64,000 nucleotides of DNA from Camelus ferus (lineage: Eukaryota): NCBI RefSeq assembly GCF_009834535.1, contig NC_045696.1:11844001-11908000 (forward strand), written 5' to 3'. A model generated the notes under the pieces. It saw only the letters and a list, made by a program, of their open reading frames with translations. It ran no database searches and was not told where the DNA came from. The position numbers were made by a program, and so were the translations under genes. Below are positions 1-11,629 of this stretch, piece after piece. The number at the start of each line of letters is the position of its first letter. Position 1 is the stretch's first letter.

Positions 1-19
1 CACGGTCTAGTGGGGGAAG

Positions 20-232
20 AGCACAGAGCTCAGTTGCCTGAGCTTGAATACCAGCTCTAAGACCCTGAGAAGCCACTTGTCCAATGTTAAGTGACTTCTC
101 AGGGTCTTAGTGTCCTCACCTGTAAAATGGGCATATTATATAGTTCATCTGTCTTACAGGGTCATTGTGAAGATTAAATGAGTTAATATCTGTGAGGAGC
201 TTAAAGCAGTGCCTGGTGCATGGTACATGAGT
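20..232 (+). mobile_element. MIR SINE fragment
   Basis: MIR core 'ctcacctgtaaaatgggc...gtcattgtgaagattaaatgagttaatatctgtgaggagcttaaagcagtgcctggtgcatggta'; ends approximate. Confidence 0.8.
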
Positions 233-290
233 ATGTATGGAACATATATGTGTGCATGTGTGTAAATGTTTATTAAAATAAATCGCTTTC

Positions 291-496
291 CACAGACTCA
301 CAGACATAGAGAACAAACTTATGATTACCAGAGGGGAAGGCGGTGGGAAGGGGTAAGTTGGGAGTTGGAGATTTGTAGATACTAACTACTGTATATAAAA
401 TAGATAAACAACAAGTTTATGCTGTACCAAGCACAGGGAACTATATTCAATATCTTATAGTAACCTATAATGAAAAGGGATATGAAAATGAAAAAC
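291..496 (+). mobile_element. L1 3' UTR fragment, 5'- and 3'-truncated
   Basis: 'cagactcacagacatagagaacaaacttatgattacc...agcacagggaactatattcaatatctt' matches the L1 3' UTRs at 12.8 kb and 21.6 kb. Confidence 0.85.
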
Positions 497-851
497 AATC
501 ACTTTTTAGATAAGAATGATGTTGAAAAAAAATGTTAAACTTTACTGACTTTTTAGCACAGAGCTATTAGCCCTCTTGAAACCCTACATAGTCTTTAATG
601 TTCAATTTCTAGTTCTAGAATGTTCTCATTTTCTCTGTGTTTAGAGAAGATTATCTTAGACTTTGGAAAAGAGAAGAAGGCACTGGGGGTTTTCCTCAGA
701 ATTTAGTCCCTGACTGAAGTTAAATAGTTTGAGGGAAAAAAAGAGCAGGAAGAGTCTTCTAGAGGGTTGGTTCTGTGGTTTATAACTGTGGGTTGTAAGG
801 CATTTGCTGGTTTATTAAGGGCTGTCTTGATAACATTTAAAAATTGCAGTA

Positions 852-1051
852 AATGTATATAAAATAGATAAACAACTAGTTTATAATGTATAGCACAGGG
901 AACTATATTCAATATCTTGTAATAACCTATAATGAAAAAGAATATGAAAATGAATATATGTATGTATATGTGTGACTGAAATATTATGCTGTACACCAGA
1001 ATTTGACATAACATTGCAAACTGACTATACGTTAATAAAAAAAGAAAGGAA
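852..1051 (+). mobile_element. 5'-truncated L1 with A-tail and 13-bp TSD
   Basis: L1 3' end plus A-rich tail, flanked by aaaaattgcagta at 839-851 and 1052-1064; TT/AAAA endonuclease site. Confidence 0.9.
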
Positions 1052-1514
1052 AAAAATTGCAGTAGAATAAAAAATTTCAGTGCACCTCACCTGATAAAGG
1101 TAGGTGTCATGTAGGACATTGTGTTACATACTTGTGGGCTAGGTTTATCATTGGACCGTAACTCACTGCCCTCCTTTGTATCACCTGCCAGGATAGTGTC
1201 TCTTGTCTGCCTCTGCCAGTCAGTTCCAAATACCTATCAGTTTCACATGGGCTCTCGAATTAGATTTTCTAAAAAATATTTTCCCCCTTGCCCTAGCAAC
1301 CAGGTGTAAGCTTGGGGTTTTAATACTTTTGGAATTTTTTTTTAATATTAAACTTTTCCTCATGGCACTTTGGTGAATTTTGAGGTTGCACATGATCAGT
1401 CCAGGGTCGGGGAGGCCTGATCCAAGAGTTTTAGGGATGTCATGCACAACTGAGAGAAGCATGCTTTGGTGTCATAACTCTTTGTTAGGATCAATCAAAC
1501 AGTTTTATAACTTT

Positions 1515-1740
1515 GACTCTATGCCAGACATACAGTCTTTATAAATATTACCTCATTTGATTTTTATAATAGTATGAACTAGATGATGCCATCATCATCA
1601 CCCCCCATTTTACAGATAAGGAAAGCTGAGGCCCCGAGGGCATGACTTGGCCAAGGCTGGGTGACTGGTAACTGACAGAGCTGGGATCTGAGTTCAGGCA
1701 TTCTGGCTATAGAGACAGTGTTGACAGTCACTCTGCTGCA
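1515..1740 (-). mobile_element. MIR SINE
   Basis: 'ccccattttacagataaggaaagctgaggcc...cagagctgggatctgagttcagg'. Confidence 0.8.
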
Positions 1741-1782
1741 TTATAAAATAAAACTTTTGAATTTTATTTAAAGCTAGTAATT

Positions 1783-1809
1783 AAAAAAATTGAAGTATAG
1801 TTGATTTAC
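1783..1809 (-). mobile_element. Ultra-short L1 3' terminus with TSD
   Basis: 'attgaagtatagttgatttac' (L1 terminus, antisense) between aaagctagtaatt (1770-1782) and aaagctaataatt (1810-1822). Confidence 0.65.
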
Positions 1810-1904
1810 AAAGCTAATAATTTTGATTGAGGCTTTCTACTCATTGCTAAGTGGCTTCAGAGTTCAAACCTTCAGTGCCATCCACCTGCTCAAGCCGGGT
1901 CCTA

Positions 1905-2740
1905 AGGTTGGTTCTTAGGGTTGCACTAACAAAGTCCTACAAACTGGATGACTTCAAAGAACTCAGATTTATTCTATCACAGTTCTGGAGGCTACAAATC
2001 CAAAATCAAGGTGTTGGCAGGGCCTGGCTCCTTCTGAAGGCTCTGGGGGGTAGTCTGTTCCTTTCCTCTCTCCTAGATTCAAGGTCGCTGAAAATCCTTG
2101 GTCTTCCTTGGCTTGTTGGCTTGTCACTCCAGTCTTTGCCTCTGTCAGGACACCAGTCATATTGGAGTAGGGGCCCACTCTGTTCCAGTGTATCCTCATT
2201 TTAACTGGTTACAGCTGCAATGACCCAACTGTAAAATGTACACGTTTGCCAGATAAGGTCACTGTTATGGGCTGGACTGTTTATCTGCGTCCCCCACCTT
2301 CACATGTTGAAGCCTCAGCCCTCAGTAGTACAGAATGTGACTGTATTTAGAGGTGGGACCTTTAAAGAAGCAATGAAATTAAAAATGAGGCCCTTAGAGT
2401 GGGCCCTAATCCAGTCTGACTGTTGTCTTTATGAGAAGAGGAAATTTGAACATGCACAGTGACATGCATGAACGTAGAGGGACCACATGAGGACACAGTG
2501 AGAAGGTGGCCGTCTCCCAGTCAAGGAGAGAGGTCTCAGGAGAATCCAGCCCTGCCAAAGCCTTGATGCCAGACTTCCAGCCTCCAGAGCTGTGGGACAA
2601 TAAATGCAACTTGTTGAAGCCACCCAGTCTGTGGTACTTGGCTATGACAGCCCTAGCCGACAAATACAGTCACACCCACAGGAAACAGGCTTAGGACTTC
2701 AGCATAACCTTTCTAGGGGACACAACTGAACCCATAGCGT
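1905..2740 (-). mobile_element. MaLR solo LTR (MLT1C-like), interrupted by a nested LTR
   Basis: Antisense MLT1 motifs 'atttattctatcacagttctggaggct' and 'ataaggtcac'; resumes after 2673 with 'ttaggacttcagcat...ggggacacaactgaacccatagc'. Confidence 0.85.
2263..2668 (+). mobile_element. MaLR solo LTR (MLT1B-like) nested in the MLT1C-like LTR
   Basis: TG...CA termini (tgttatgggctg...aaataca); perfect 5-bp TSD GTCAC at 2258-2262 and 2669-2673. Confidence 0.9.
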
Positions 2741-2869
2741 CAGGGTTTGATTTCACCTTTCAGGTTAGGAGGGCCTTCAATGACCATCCTCAAAGAATGC
2801 TGGTTCTGGTCTCGGGGTATATGGAAGGGCAGCTTTTCACATCGTTCCAGCCTGGGTACTAATAAACAT

Positions 2870-3620
2870 GCCTCCTGCGGCTTGGGGAGGCCCCTAGAGG
2901 CGGAGCTCAGCGGCTGACTCATCCTCCAAGTCTGCGGCTTTGAGAAGCACATGGGAACTTGCTGGTAGCAAGGGTTGTCATTTTAGGTAGTGCGCCGCCT
3001 AGAGGAGAACAGCGCCGCCTTCACCACCAGGGAAGGGCCGCTGACTTCATCCCTTTTAGAGATGATCTTCCTCTGACAGCCCGGCCAAAGCACTGGGGGT
3101 GGGTCTGGCGAGCACTGCTCGCCCCTCCCCTCCTGCTGGCCACGCCCCTCCTGCTGGCCCCTCCCCTCATATGGCCCGGCCCCTCCCCTCATATGGCCCC
3201 GCCCCTCCTCTTCCCCTACCTCTCTGGACTCTCAGGTCCTCCAGGGGAATGGGAGAGGCACAGCTCCCCTGGGGAAAGGGATGAGGCATCGCTATGAGGC
3301 GCCAGGTTATTTTTGCTTCCTTCCTGGGTGTGGGTGTTTGTGTTAACAGCGGCGGAGGAGGCGCGGTGACGGGCGCTGGAACACTTGGGTGCTGGCGGAG
3401 CGGGTGGGAGGTGGCGCCTGTGCCAGGCAGGTGACTTGGCGTTCACGTGGCCCCGGGGGCTTTGCAGGGCTCTGGGCGAACCGGATTTGCTCCTCTGTGC
3501 TGGGGATCCCATTCGGTCCTCCATGTCATATGTGGGGGCGCTGCCTGACCGTGGAGTGGTGGCCCCTTAATGGTCCCTGCGGGGGACCCCCATCTCAGCA
3601 GGCAAACTTTGGTGGCATTT
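2870..3620 (+). promoter_or_regulatory. CpG-rich promoter and probable first exon of an unidentified + strand gene
   Basis: High CpG/GC density; SP/KLF boxes 3121-3210; AP-1 TGACTCA 2915-2921; E-box CACGTG 3444-3449; candidate donors CAG|GTGACT (3431) and AGG|GTGAGT (3806). Strand inferred from the antisense bias of downstream repeats. Confidence 0.7.
3121..3210. repeat. GC-rich tandem array of about 17-18 bp units (about 5 copies)
   Basis: gcccctcccctcctgct / ggccacgcccctcctgct / ggcccctcccctcatat / ggccc ggcccctcccctcatat / ggccccgcccctcctc. Confidence 0.85.
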
Positions 3621-4029
3621 CTGAGGAATCGTTGTTCGGGGTGCTTTCCATCCCCCCTAATCTCCATCAAATATCCCCCTGGTGTGTTTAAACAAGAAAA
3701 TCTTGGGGAAGACAGTGTGCTCGCTCCCACATCTCTGGGGTCCAGTCTCAACTCGGCGCTCACTCCGCTAGAAGTACGTGTATGCATTATGTTGGAGGGG
3801 GCAGGGTGAGTTATTAGCAGTTAGCCCAGTTTGCTAACTGTTCTGTGATGTGTCATACCCCGAATGCCAGTGGTGTCCCCGTTGCCCTTCTATGGGGACA
3901 ATCTGGAACTGTCCCGGTGGGGGCAGTTGGAAAAGCCCCCGTGGGATATTGAAACCCAGGCGCTTGTTTATCCAGCCCAAGAAAAGATGCACAAGATTGC
4001 TAGTCTAGGGCTTTTCCCACATTCAGCCC

Positions 4030-4494
4030 TGTGTTAGTTTCCTGGGCTTCAGTAACAAAATCCTCCAAGCTGGGTGGCTTAAACAGCTTACAGATTTATT
4101 CTCATAGTTCAGGAGGCTAGGAGTCTGAAATCAAGATGTTGGCAGAGTCCTCTCTTCTGAAGGCCCTAAGGAAGACTCCTTCCTTGCTTCTTCCTAGCTC
4201 CTGGTGGCTCTCAGCAATTCTTAGATTTCCTCTGCTTGCAGCTGCATTGTTCCAGACTCTGCCTCCTTTTTCACATGCCCTTTCTTTGGGTCTGTCTCTG
4301 TCCCCAAATTTCCCTCTGCTTGTAAAGATATGAGCCATTGGAATAGGGCCCACCCTAATCCAGTGTGACCTTATCTTAATTCAATCATCCACAAAACCCC
4401 AATTTCCAAATAAAGTCACATTCCCAGGTTACTGGGGTTAGGACTTCAGCATATCTGGGGGGCCTATTTGACGGACACAGTTGGGCCTACAACA
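4030..4494 (-). mobile_element. MaLR solo LTR (MLT1C/D-like)
   Basis: tgtgttagtttcctggg...ctgggtggcttaaacagc...tttccaaataaagtcacattc...ctacaaca. Confidence 0.85.
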
Positions 4495-5034
4495 CCCCCC
4501 GCCATGCCATTGCGTTGCCACTCTAAAATGCCTTCCTGTAGTATGATTAATGTTACAGGCACTGCTGCCGGCATCAATTTTATTATTGTCTTTCTGTTTC
4601 TTTCCCTCTTATTTGAGCTCAGAGTCATTCTTTTTATTAAGTGTTCCCTTCTGCCCTCCCCTGATAAATCTTTTTAGTCATTATTTGCTTTGTCAGCCTC
4701 TGATGACAGCACACTTCTATCTGGACATTTCTGTGCCTTTCCAGGGAGGTGCACACTCTCCTTCAATCCTGCAGAGCACTCACCATGGAGACAAACAGGT
4801 ATTTGCCTGTGATCCGATTCCTGTCTCTCTGTCTCACTAAATTGCAAACCCCAACAAGACGGGGGATCATGACTTTAGCTCATAATTGATTGTGCCCCTG
4901 GTACCTAGCCCGAGGCTGAGCATATAGCTAGTGTTTTTAAATATTAGTCAAATGAAAAAGAAAACTTGCTTTTCTATTAATTATGGTTAGGGAGAAGTGT
5001 GAAGTAATTTTAAAGAGATACACTTGCCTCCCCC

Positions 5035-5600
5035 CAAAATTAAAAATAGGATTACCATATGATCCAGCAATTCCACTTCTGATATATATCCAAAAGTATT
5101 GAAAGCAGGGACTTGAAGAGGTATTTGTACACCCATGTTCATTGCAGCAACATTCACAATGGCCAAAAAAGTAGAAGCAACTCAAGTTAACATTGATGGA
5201 TGAATGGATAAATGAAATGTGGCATATATATGCAATGGAATATTATTTAACTTTAAAAAAAGGAAGAAAATTCTGACACATGGATGAACCTTGAAGACAT
5301 TACATTAAGTGAGATAATTCAATTACAAAGAGGAATTCTGTATGATCCCACTTATATGTGGTACCCAGAATACTCACATTCACAGACATAGAAAGTTGAG
5401 TGGTGGTGGCCAGGGGCTGGGAGGAGAGGAGAATGGGGAGCTCTTGTTTAATGGGGACAGAGTTTCAGTTTTACAAAAAGGAAAGAGTTCTGGAGATGGA
5501 TGGGGTGATGGTTGCACAGCAATGTGAATGTACTTAATATCTCTGAGCTCTGCACTTAAAATTGGTTAAGATGATAAATGTTATATTCTGTGTAGTTCCA
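5035..5600 (+). mobile_element. Old L1 3' region (L1MB-like)
   Basis: 'attaccatatgatccagcaattccacttctg', 'atggatgaaccttgaagacattac', 'gttctggagatggatggggtgatggttgcacagcaatgtgaatgtacttaat'. Confidence 0.85.
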
Positions 5601-5807
5601 CCCTCCTCCCCGAGACCAAGTGATATGGAAGGATGCAAAAAAAAAAAAAAAAAAAAGCCCCAAAAAACCCCCAAAACAAAAAACCAAACCCACATTTCTG
5701 TGCATGTGCTATGTGTGTGAAAGAGAGTGAGTGGGTTTGGAGAGTGTTACAGAGGAAAGGAGGGGAGAGGTGAAAGGGGAGGCAGCCTGGGGAGGGGAGA
5801 GGGGAAA

Positions 5808-5849
5808 GCATCTGAGTGGTTACCAGTGCATCTGAGTGGTTACCAGTGC
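5808..5849. repeat. Perfect 20-bp tandem duplication
   Basis: (gcatctgagtggttaccagt)x2 plus gc. Confidence 0.95.
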
Positions 5850-6334
5850 CTAGGGCAGTAATCTGAGCTCTGTCTCCAGCTAGCTGTGGGATCTTGAACA
5901 AATCAGTCATTGCCTGTTGTGGGCATCAGCTTTGAAAGGGAGTGGGGATAGTAACCTGGGAAGATCTTTCCAGCTCAAAAGACTTCAGAGGTTTTTAGCA
6001 TCTGACCAGGTAACGCTGATGCACTGATTTTTTTCCCTCCACGGTTCTCTGCAGTGTCTGTCCTCGGTGGGGACTCTCCCAATCCTGCTGGCTCCAGAGG
6101 GTCCCAGTTTGCAGGAATTATCTTCCAGTCAAGAATTCCCAGTCTTTTTAATGGCACCCGTTAATTTGGTTTAAAAAGAACACATGTATTTTTTTTTTTC
6201 TCTCAACCTCTCTGCTTCTATCCAGTTGCCAGGTCTCCTAGTTTTAAAATTTCCTTGGCCCCTTATCTTTCTTTTAACATTTATATTTGGTCTTCTTGGC
6301 TTCTAATTATTCATGCTACTCATAGCAAATTGTG

Positions 6335-6520
6335 TGTATAGCTAAGCTTTTTTGCATGACTTAGATCATCAAATCCTTATGTCAACACTGAGGTAGATTC
6401 ATGATCTCTGTTTTATGGACAAGGAAACTGAGTGGTTAAGTAGCTTGCTTGGCCTTGAGGTCACCCAGCTAGTCAGTGGTCTAGTTGTGTTTGAACCTGG
6501 TTTGTTCTGAGCTATGTACG
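6335..6520 (-). mobile_element. MIR SINE
   Basis: 'ctgttttatggacaaggaaactgagtggttaagtagcttgc...aggtcacccagctagtcagtgg'. Confidence 0.7.
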
Positions 6521-9500
6521 CACCGTGGATACTGCTCTAGGCAAATGCAGTCCTTCTGTGTCCTAGGTCCCTTTATGGTAGGGACAATATCTTTTTTATT
6601 TTTGGTACTTCTGAGATCTCCAGTACCGGCCTGTCAGGGACTAATACAATTTTTTCGAAGGTACTCGCTCATTTGAGTGATGGTTCCTGTCTCTCTGTGT
6701 CAGGGAAGTCATATCTCTAGTGCTGAGCAGACACAGTAGTCAAGTTCTTAGCTTCTGGGGAGAAGAATTAGTTCCTCTACAAGTTTCCTTTATGGACTAA
6801 AGGGCAGTTATTAGCAAGTGTGGTGTCCTGTGAAAAATGCAGGCTAATTTAACATCTGAAAGGATGACTCCGGAGCTGAGCCTAGGAAAGCCCAACGGGG
6901 CTCCCGCGTTTCCCCTCCGCCGCAGAACCTCCCAGCAGCCTTTTTCCGCACCCGGAGACCCACACATGCAGAACTAGCCTTAGGTCCACTGCTTTGAGCT
7001 AACAGGGAAGTAGGAGGTTTCCCAGCTCTGGAAGCTTACATGTTGCAGTCTTCTCAAAACTAGCAGAGAGAGGCTCTTGATCCTAGCTGTACATATTACT
7101 TCCATTTCTTAAGCCAGCATTTGGGAGCTTGGAGGGATGGGGTTTGCTCTCAGGGTGGCCTCCAGTAGGGAACTCGCATCATCAGAGCCACCTTCTTTTT
7201 GATAAAGTGGTAACCCATCCCTGGAAAGTATAAGGAGAGTGAGTTACCCCAAAGGAGTGGATTCTTTGCTCTCCGCTGACATACCCACTCTTCTGGATGT
7301 GCCTTTGCGTGTCCATGAAGATTAAATCAATCTGCTCCTTTGCCAGCAAATGTGGCTAATCTCAGGCTGATCAGTTTCCCCAGCAGGGCTGTTGTTCCTG
7401 TAGTTCTGGGTTGCCCCATAGTGCAATTGTAGGCAAGTGAGAACCTGTAACTCCCTTAGCAAGTCAAGACAGACAGCAGATCAACCATCAGCGTGCTCAT
7501 ACGTTGCTTGGAAAGGGGTCACGCTTCCTTTGGAAGATTCAGGCTCTTGTTTGCTGTTGGATTGGGCACAGGTCAAGAGGAGAGATGGTGAATCTTTTAT
7601 CCATTTGCAAGGGATACCGGGTAAGCATTAGAGATCTGCTCTGGGAAAGTGGATGGGCTGATCCCAACTCTTCCATTGGAACACCTGCAGTACTTAGTGT
7701 ACTGAGTCATCCTGAGAATTGTAAAGTTGGCAGGGGCCATAGTTCGCCCTCCCATTTGATAGTTGAGAAGACATCAGCTCTCTGGCAATTTGGCAATAAG
7801 TTCTTCCATGGAGTGGGCTGGAGTAAGATCTCTCCAAAGTTGTGCGCCACCTTTGCTAGAATGTCCTGGTCTGTAGTGGTCATGTCCTCAGCTGTGAGGT
7901 GACGGAGATGGAAAAATGGCCTTCTAGAAACTCGGGGCGGGGGACAAAGAAGAGGCATGTACATGAGATTCAAATAATACAGAAAGGACTAAGCTAGAAG
8001 TTCTTACACAGAGAGACCCTTGAGTCACCCTTTCACGTTGGCTTCATGCTCAGTGAATCTTGGTTTCTTGCGCGGAGTCTGGGTCCCTCCAGGTTGGTGT
8101 GTGGAGTTGCTCATCCAGAGGGTGTATTCACACCACCCGCACTCAGAGCAGGTGGTGCAGACGATGGGGTGAGGGCAGGCCCTTGTGGTGAGAGCACTGG
8201 GAACAGGGGCTGCCTCTCTGTGGGGTGGGGTGGTGGGAGTTGGTCTGCCCCATCTTTGAAAGCTGAGTGGTACACTTTGCCGTGTAATTGATTTCATTGT
8301 TGCCCTCCCGGAATGCATTTGATTAGGACCCAACTCTTGTACTCTGAGTGGACCACCGCTAGCAAAGCCTTTTGCGATGTTCATTTTGTCTTTTGAAGAC
8401 TCAACTTGCAGGAGTTTGGTCCTGAGTTGTGAGCAGGTCTCCTGCCTTACAGGTGTTCATCGTTGTGGGTGGAACAGTGTACGGAGTGCCCTGTGGGGGC
8501 AGAAGGCCTGGTCAGTCCATTAACAGGAACAATTTTTGTGATTTGGGGTCATTCTCAGTGCCAGTTTTCTTGTCTATAAAACAGGTCGAGCACCCAGATG
8601 ATCTCTAGCAATGAACAGTTGTGACTGTAAGATTCCTGGACTTTCCTCTCTGAGATCTTCCTTTTCCTCTTCTACAATTTTCCCTGTCCCATTTTTCAAT
8701 TGTTTCTTGCCAAGGCAAATTCAGCATCCTAACTCAGCGAAGAGGTTCGAATGTGAGGATTCCTCGCTTGACTGATTGCCTTTCCTTAAACTTCCTTTGC
8801 TCTCCCTCAACAGGAGAGGCTCCTGAATAGAAAAATGGCAGGCAGCCAAAGCTGGAGATTTCCGCCACCTGGATTAGAAATCCTTGAATAATTAAGATCC
8901 GAGTGTTAAGAGAAACTTTGAAATGCATTAGAGGGTGCACTCCAGGGTGAACCAGGAAACCAAAGACAGATGATGTAGGCAAAAACCATCTTAAGACAGC
9001 TTCTTGAATTGAGCAGAAGCTCCTCTCACCTGATCCATTATCTCAGTGTCACAGTTTTCCTCTTTCCTCCAGATGGAATCCTATCCCTAATTCTGTCTTC
9101 TGCCCTAGTGCTCGGTGCTGCCCCGGATGGGTGGTGGTGGTGGTGGTGGCAGAGGAAGAAATCAGTGCCTTTTTATTGCTTCCTGGCAGTGATAGTGGGT
9201 CCCGGAGTGTCTGTCTGGTATTTCTCCCTTTACTGTTCTCTTAAGACATGTCACCTGGTGGACTGGTTTGGTGACCTTATTAGAACCAGCACTATGGAGT
9301 CATTAATTCCGCAATTACATTCCTTGACACTGGAAATTTCCCATGAGCTCTCAATACAGCTAGGTGAAAGCTAGAAAATCTGGTGGAATGGGGAAGAGAG
9401 GGGAATAAAAACAGTGGTCGAAGCTGTGCCCACTCTTAGTGAGTCTTACTCCAGTTGAATTTTATCAGATAGCTGATAACCAGGGCACACCTATCCAAAC

Positions 9501-9588
9501 AAGTGGCTTTTTTGTTACTGGTTCAAACCACTTAATGGATTTTGTGGATTCCAGTGAGAATGCTCTTTGTGTTGATGGAAAAACAGGT

Positions 9589-9944
9589 TGTCTTAGTCCA
9601 TTTGGACTGCTCTGACGAAACACCAGAGACTGGGTGGCTTCAAAACAACAGAAATGTATTTGGAAGCTGGAAGTCCAAGTTTAGGGGCTGGCATGGTGCG
9701 GTGCTGGTGAGGGCCCTCTTCTGGGTTGGAGGCTGCCAGTGTCTTGCTGTGTTCTTTCCTGGTGGAAGGGCTGAGGGGGCTCTGTGGGGTCTCTCTTACA
9801 AGGGCACTAATCCCATTCATGAGAGCTCCACCCTTGTGACCTAAGCACCTTCCCAAGACCTCACCTCTCAATACCATCATCTTAGGCATTAGGAGGATTT
9901 CAACGTATGAATTTTGAGGGGACAGAAACATTCAGACCATAGCG
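9589..9944 (-). mobile_element. MaLR solo LTR (MLT1A-like) with 5-bp TSD
   Basis: tgtcttagtccatttggactgc...aaacattcagaccatagcg, flanked by CAGGT at 9584-9588 and 9945-9949. Confidence 0.9.
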
Positions 9945-10182
9945 CAGGTAGAGATGGAAGACCAAAGAAAGGTCTGGGCTCGGGCGACTTTGGCTGGGTT
10001 TCATTCAAAGTCAGACCCGGGTTTCATTTCCATTCCTTCTAGCTACAGAGTCACCTCGAAAGTGATTTTCTATTTCGATTTGACTCTTTTCATCCTGATT
10101 GACCTGTGCTCAGCTGCTAGCAGATTGTATTAAAAAAGATCAGGGCACCCTCCCGACCCCCAACAAGAAGTAGCCACCAAGC

Positions 10183-10624
10183 TTTTTTTTAAAGTACAGT
10201 TGATGTATAATATTATATAAATTACAGGTGTGTGATATTTGCAGTTATCAAAGTTTATACTCCATTTAAAGTTATTAAAAATACTGGCTGTATTCCCTGT
10301 GTGCAATGTATCCTTGTAGCTCATTTTATACCTAATAGTCTGTACCTCTTAACCCCCTCCCCCTATCCTTCCCCCTCCCCCTTCCCTTTCCCCACTGGTA
10401 ACCACTAGTTTGTTCTCTGTATCTGTGAGTCTGCTTCTTTTTTGTTATATTCACAAGTTTGTTGTATTTTTTAGATATCACATATACGTGATATCATAGA
10501 GTATTTGTCTTTCTCTGTCTGACTTATTGCACTTAGCATAATGCCCTCCAAGGCCATCCATGTTGCTGCAAATGGCAAAATTTCATTTTTTATGGCTGAG
10601 TATTATTCTACTCTCTCTCTCTCT

Positions 10625-10681
<57 letters not shown>

Positions 10682-10885
10682 GAATCTTCTTTATCCATTC
10701 ATCTGTTGATGGACACTTAGGTTGCTTCCATATTTTTACAATTATAAATAATGCTGCTATGAACATTGGGGAACTTGTATCTTTTCGAATCGGTGTTTTT
10801 GTTTTTTTCAGATACATACCCAGGAGTGGAATTGCTGGATCTATTTTTAGTTTTTTGAGAAACCTCCATACTGTTTTCCATAGTA
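10183..10885 (-). mobile_element. L1 3' end (about 700 bp) containing a microsatellite
   Basis: Antisense L1 3' UTR and ORF2 C-terminus; the ORF track gives [33 protein letters not shown]. Confidence 0.9.
10611..10678. repeat. (CT)n(CA)n compound microsatellite
   Basis: About 26 uninterrupted CA units preceded by a CT run. Confidence 0.95.
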
Positions 10886-11293
10886 AATGGCCAGCACTCT
10901 TACAGAGGGGGCATGTTTCAGGGTCTCCAGGGGAAGCAGACTGTGTGTGGGGTGTGAGCCTGTCTCTGCCATGGTGGGGTTTGTGGTCCTGACCTTCGGG
11001 ACTATATTAGAAGATCTTTCTTTAGCTGTGTCTTCCTCCTTCTGGGAAGAATGAAGAATGCGCATGGTGGCTGCTTCCAGCAGGAAGAGGGCAGGGAGGA
11101 AAAGGAGGCAAAAGAGAAAAAAACCTGAGAGATACCTGTGTATTTCTCACGTTTCTCCGTCTTCTGCAAAGGCTTATTACTGGAACTCACCTTTCCTGGG
11201 ATGTTATTTATTACTTATATTTGTAAAAGTGTCCTACATCCTCAGGCGAGTCAGGAATTTCAGTTTTCATTACAAGAGGGAGTGGAAGGAGGA

Positions 11294-11558
11294 TGTGTTA
11301 GTTCTCCAGGGCCGCCGCAACAAAGTACCAAAACCAGATGGCTTAAAGCAACATTTATTCTCGCAGTCTGGAGGCTAGAATTCCAAAGTCGAGGTGTCAG
11401 TGGGGTTGGTTCCCTCTGGAGATTCTGTGGGAAAGTCTGTTCCATGCCTCTTCCCAGCTTTCAGTGGTTGCCAGCAATCCTGGGTGTTCTTGGGTCGTAG
11501 GCGCGCCACTCCAGCCTCTGCCTCCAACGTACATTTTTGGCACGTTCAACCCATAACC
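11294..11558 (-). mobile_element. MaLR LTR (MLT1C/D-like) with internal deletion
   Basis: tgtgttagttctccagggccgccgcaacaaagtacc...ttcaacccataacc; near-TSD gagga/gaggc. Confidence 0.8.
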
Positions 11559-11629
11559 GAGGCTTTATGTGCTGAGTGTGATGTCAGCAGATGAAGCAGG
11601 AGGGCTTTGCTGGCCGAGGGTCCGCTACA

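Noticed and set aside
3121..3210. CRISPR-like or prokaryotic repeat system
   Set aside because: No unique spacers or cas genes; the whole window is mammalian.
5637..5690. A-rich tail suggesting a processed pseudogene
   Set aside because: Only about 35 nt of unexplained sequence precedes it, with no clear TSD or coding similarity.
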